From Octopus bimaculoides (Eukaryota): a stretch of 45,008 bases of DNA. Numbering within the stretch: the first letter of the stretch is position 1; each line of letters begins with the position of its first letter. Of this stretch, positions 43,845 to 45,008 are shown in pieces. Where the stretch lies: assembly GCF_001194135.2 (NCBI RefSeq), contig NC_069009.1, positions 6,336,845 to 6,381,852 of the forward strand, read 5' to 3'. The notes under the pieces were generated by a model, which was given only the letters and a program-made list of their open reading frames with translations, did not search any database and was not told where the DNA came from. Both the position numbers and the translations under genes were made by a program.

Positions 43845-44700
43845 ATTTTGGGCTACAGACTAAGTCAATTACTTTGACCCACAGGGCTCAATTGATACTT
43901 ATTTCAATGACCCTCAAAGGATGAAAAGCAAATTGGATGAAATGCCCCTAAGCATTTTGTCTGGCATGCTAACGTTTCTTATTTCTTTACTGCCCACAAA
44001 GGGCCAAACACAGAGGGGACAAACAAGGACAAACAAACGGATTAAGTCGATTATATCGACTTCAGTACATAACTGGTACTTATTTAATCGACCCCGAAAG
44101 GATGAAAGGCTGAGCTAATGTTTCTTATTTCCTTACTGTCCACAAGGGGCTACACACAGAGGGGACAAACAAGGACAGACAAACGGGTTAAGTCAATTAT
44201 ATTGACCCAGTGCATAACTGGTACTTATTTAATTGACCCCGAAAGGATGAAAGGCAAAGTCGACCTTGGCGGAATTTGAACTCAGAACGTAAGGAGAGGC
44301 AAAATGCCGCTAAGCATTTCGCCCAGCGTGCTAATGATTCTGCCAGCTTACTACCTTAACGAGGGGAAATATTATCTTGATTAAACATTGATCCCAGTGC
44401 TCAGCTGGTACTTATTTTATCAACTGTGAAAGGATGAAAGGCCAAGTGGACCCTAGCAGATTTGAGACTCAGAACATGAAGACAGACAAAATTGCTGCTA
44501 AGCATTTTGCCCTGTATCCTAACAATTCTGCCAGTCTGCTGTGTTAAATTTTCATTTTATTGCTTTCAGATTTTGGCACAAGGCCAGTAATTTGGGGGCA
44601 GGGAGTAAATCGATTACATCGGCCCTAGTGTTCAACTGGTACTTATTTTATGGACCCCCGAAAGGACAAACAACAAAATGGACTTCAGTGGAATTTGAAT
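43845..44700 (-). mobile_element. Chain of five SINE B copies, including two tail-2 units joined into head sequence
   Basis: GCTAA(C/T)GTTTCTTATTTC junctions at 43968 and 44114; complete head at ~44300-44357; further copies at 44375-44540 and 44560-44700. Confidence 0.85.
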
Positions 44701-45008
44701 GTTGTTGTTGTTGGCACTCCGTTGTTTACGACGTCGAGATTTCCAGTTGATTTGATCAACGGAACAGCCTGCTCGTGAAATTAACGTGCAAGTGGCTGAG
44801 CACTCCACAGACATGTGTACCCTTAACGTAGTTCTCGGGGAGATTCAGCGTGACAGAGAGTGTGACAAGGCTGACCCTTTGAATTACAGGCACAACAGAA
44901 ACAGGAAGTAACAGTGAGAGAAAGTTGTGGTGGAAAGAGTACAGCAGGGTTCGCCACCATCCCCTTGCCAGAGCCTCGTGGAGCTTTTAGGTGTTTTCGC
45001 TCAATAAA
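44700..45008 (-). mobile_element. 3' part of a distinct SINE-like element (family E) with (AAC)n tail, cut by the window end
   Basis: GC-richer, CpG-retaining body ending (minus strand) ...CGGAGTGCCAACAACAAC; single copy here, so family status is inferred. Confidence 0.55.

Overview
AT-rich eukaryotic (animal) DNA from a fragmented short-read assembly with many N gaps. No convincing host protein-coding gene, rRNA, intact tRNA or CRISPR array is visible. Nearly all ORFs in the supplied track are artefacts of N runs or microsatellites. The window is a mosaic of: (i) several tRNA-derived SINE families, labelled A-F here; (ii) 5'-truncated RTE-clade LINEs of two families; (iii) decayed Tc1/mariner transposons of at least four lineages plus a mariner MITE; (iv) piggyBac-like (TTAA) MITEs, one of which forms a ~161-bp tandem satellite at two loci; and (v) very abundant di- and trinucleotide microsatellites. 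This repeat landscape suggests Octopus or another coleoid cephalopod (inference from recall, not from a search). The most interesting signals are a piggyBac-MITE-to-satellite transition with GGG-TTAA-CCC junctions and higher-order structure, a SINE subfamily whose tail repeatedly joins its own head at one position, a hairpin array in an RTE 3' UTR, a three-layer nested insertion, and two foldback elements. Repeat boundaries are read by eye and are approximate unless stated base by base.
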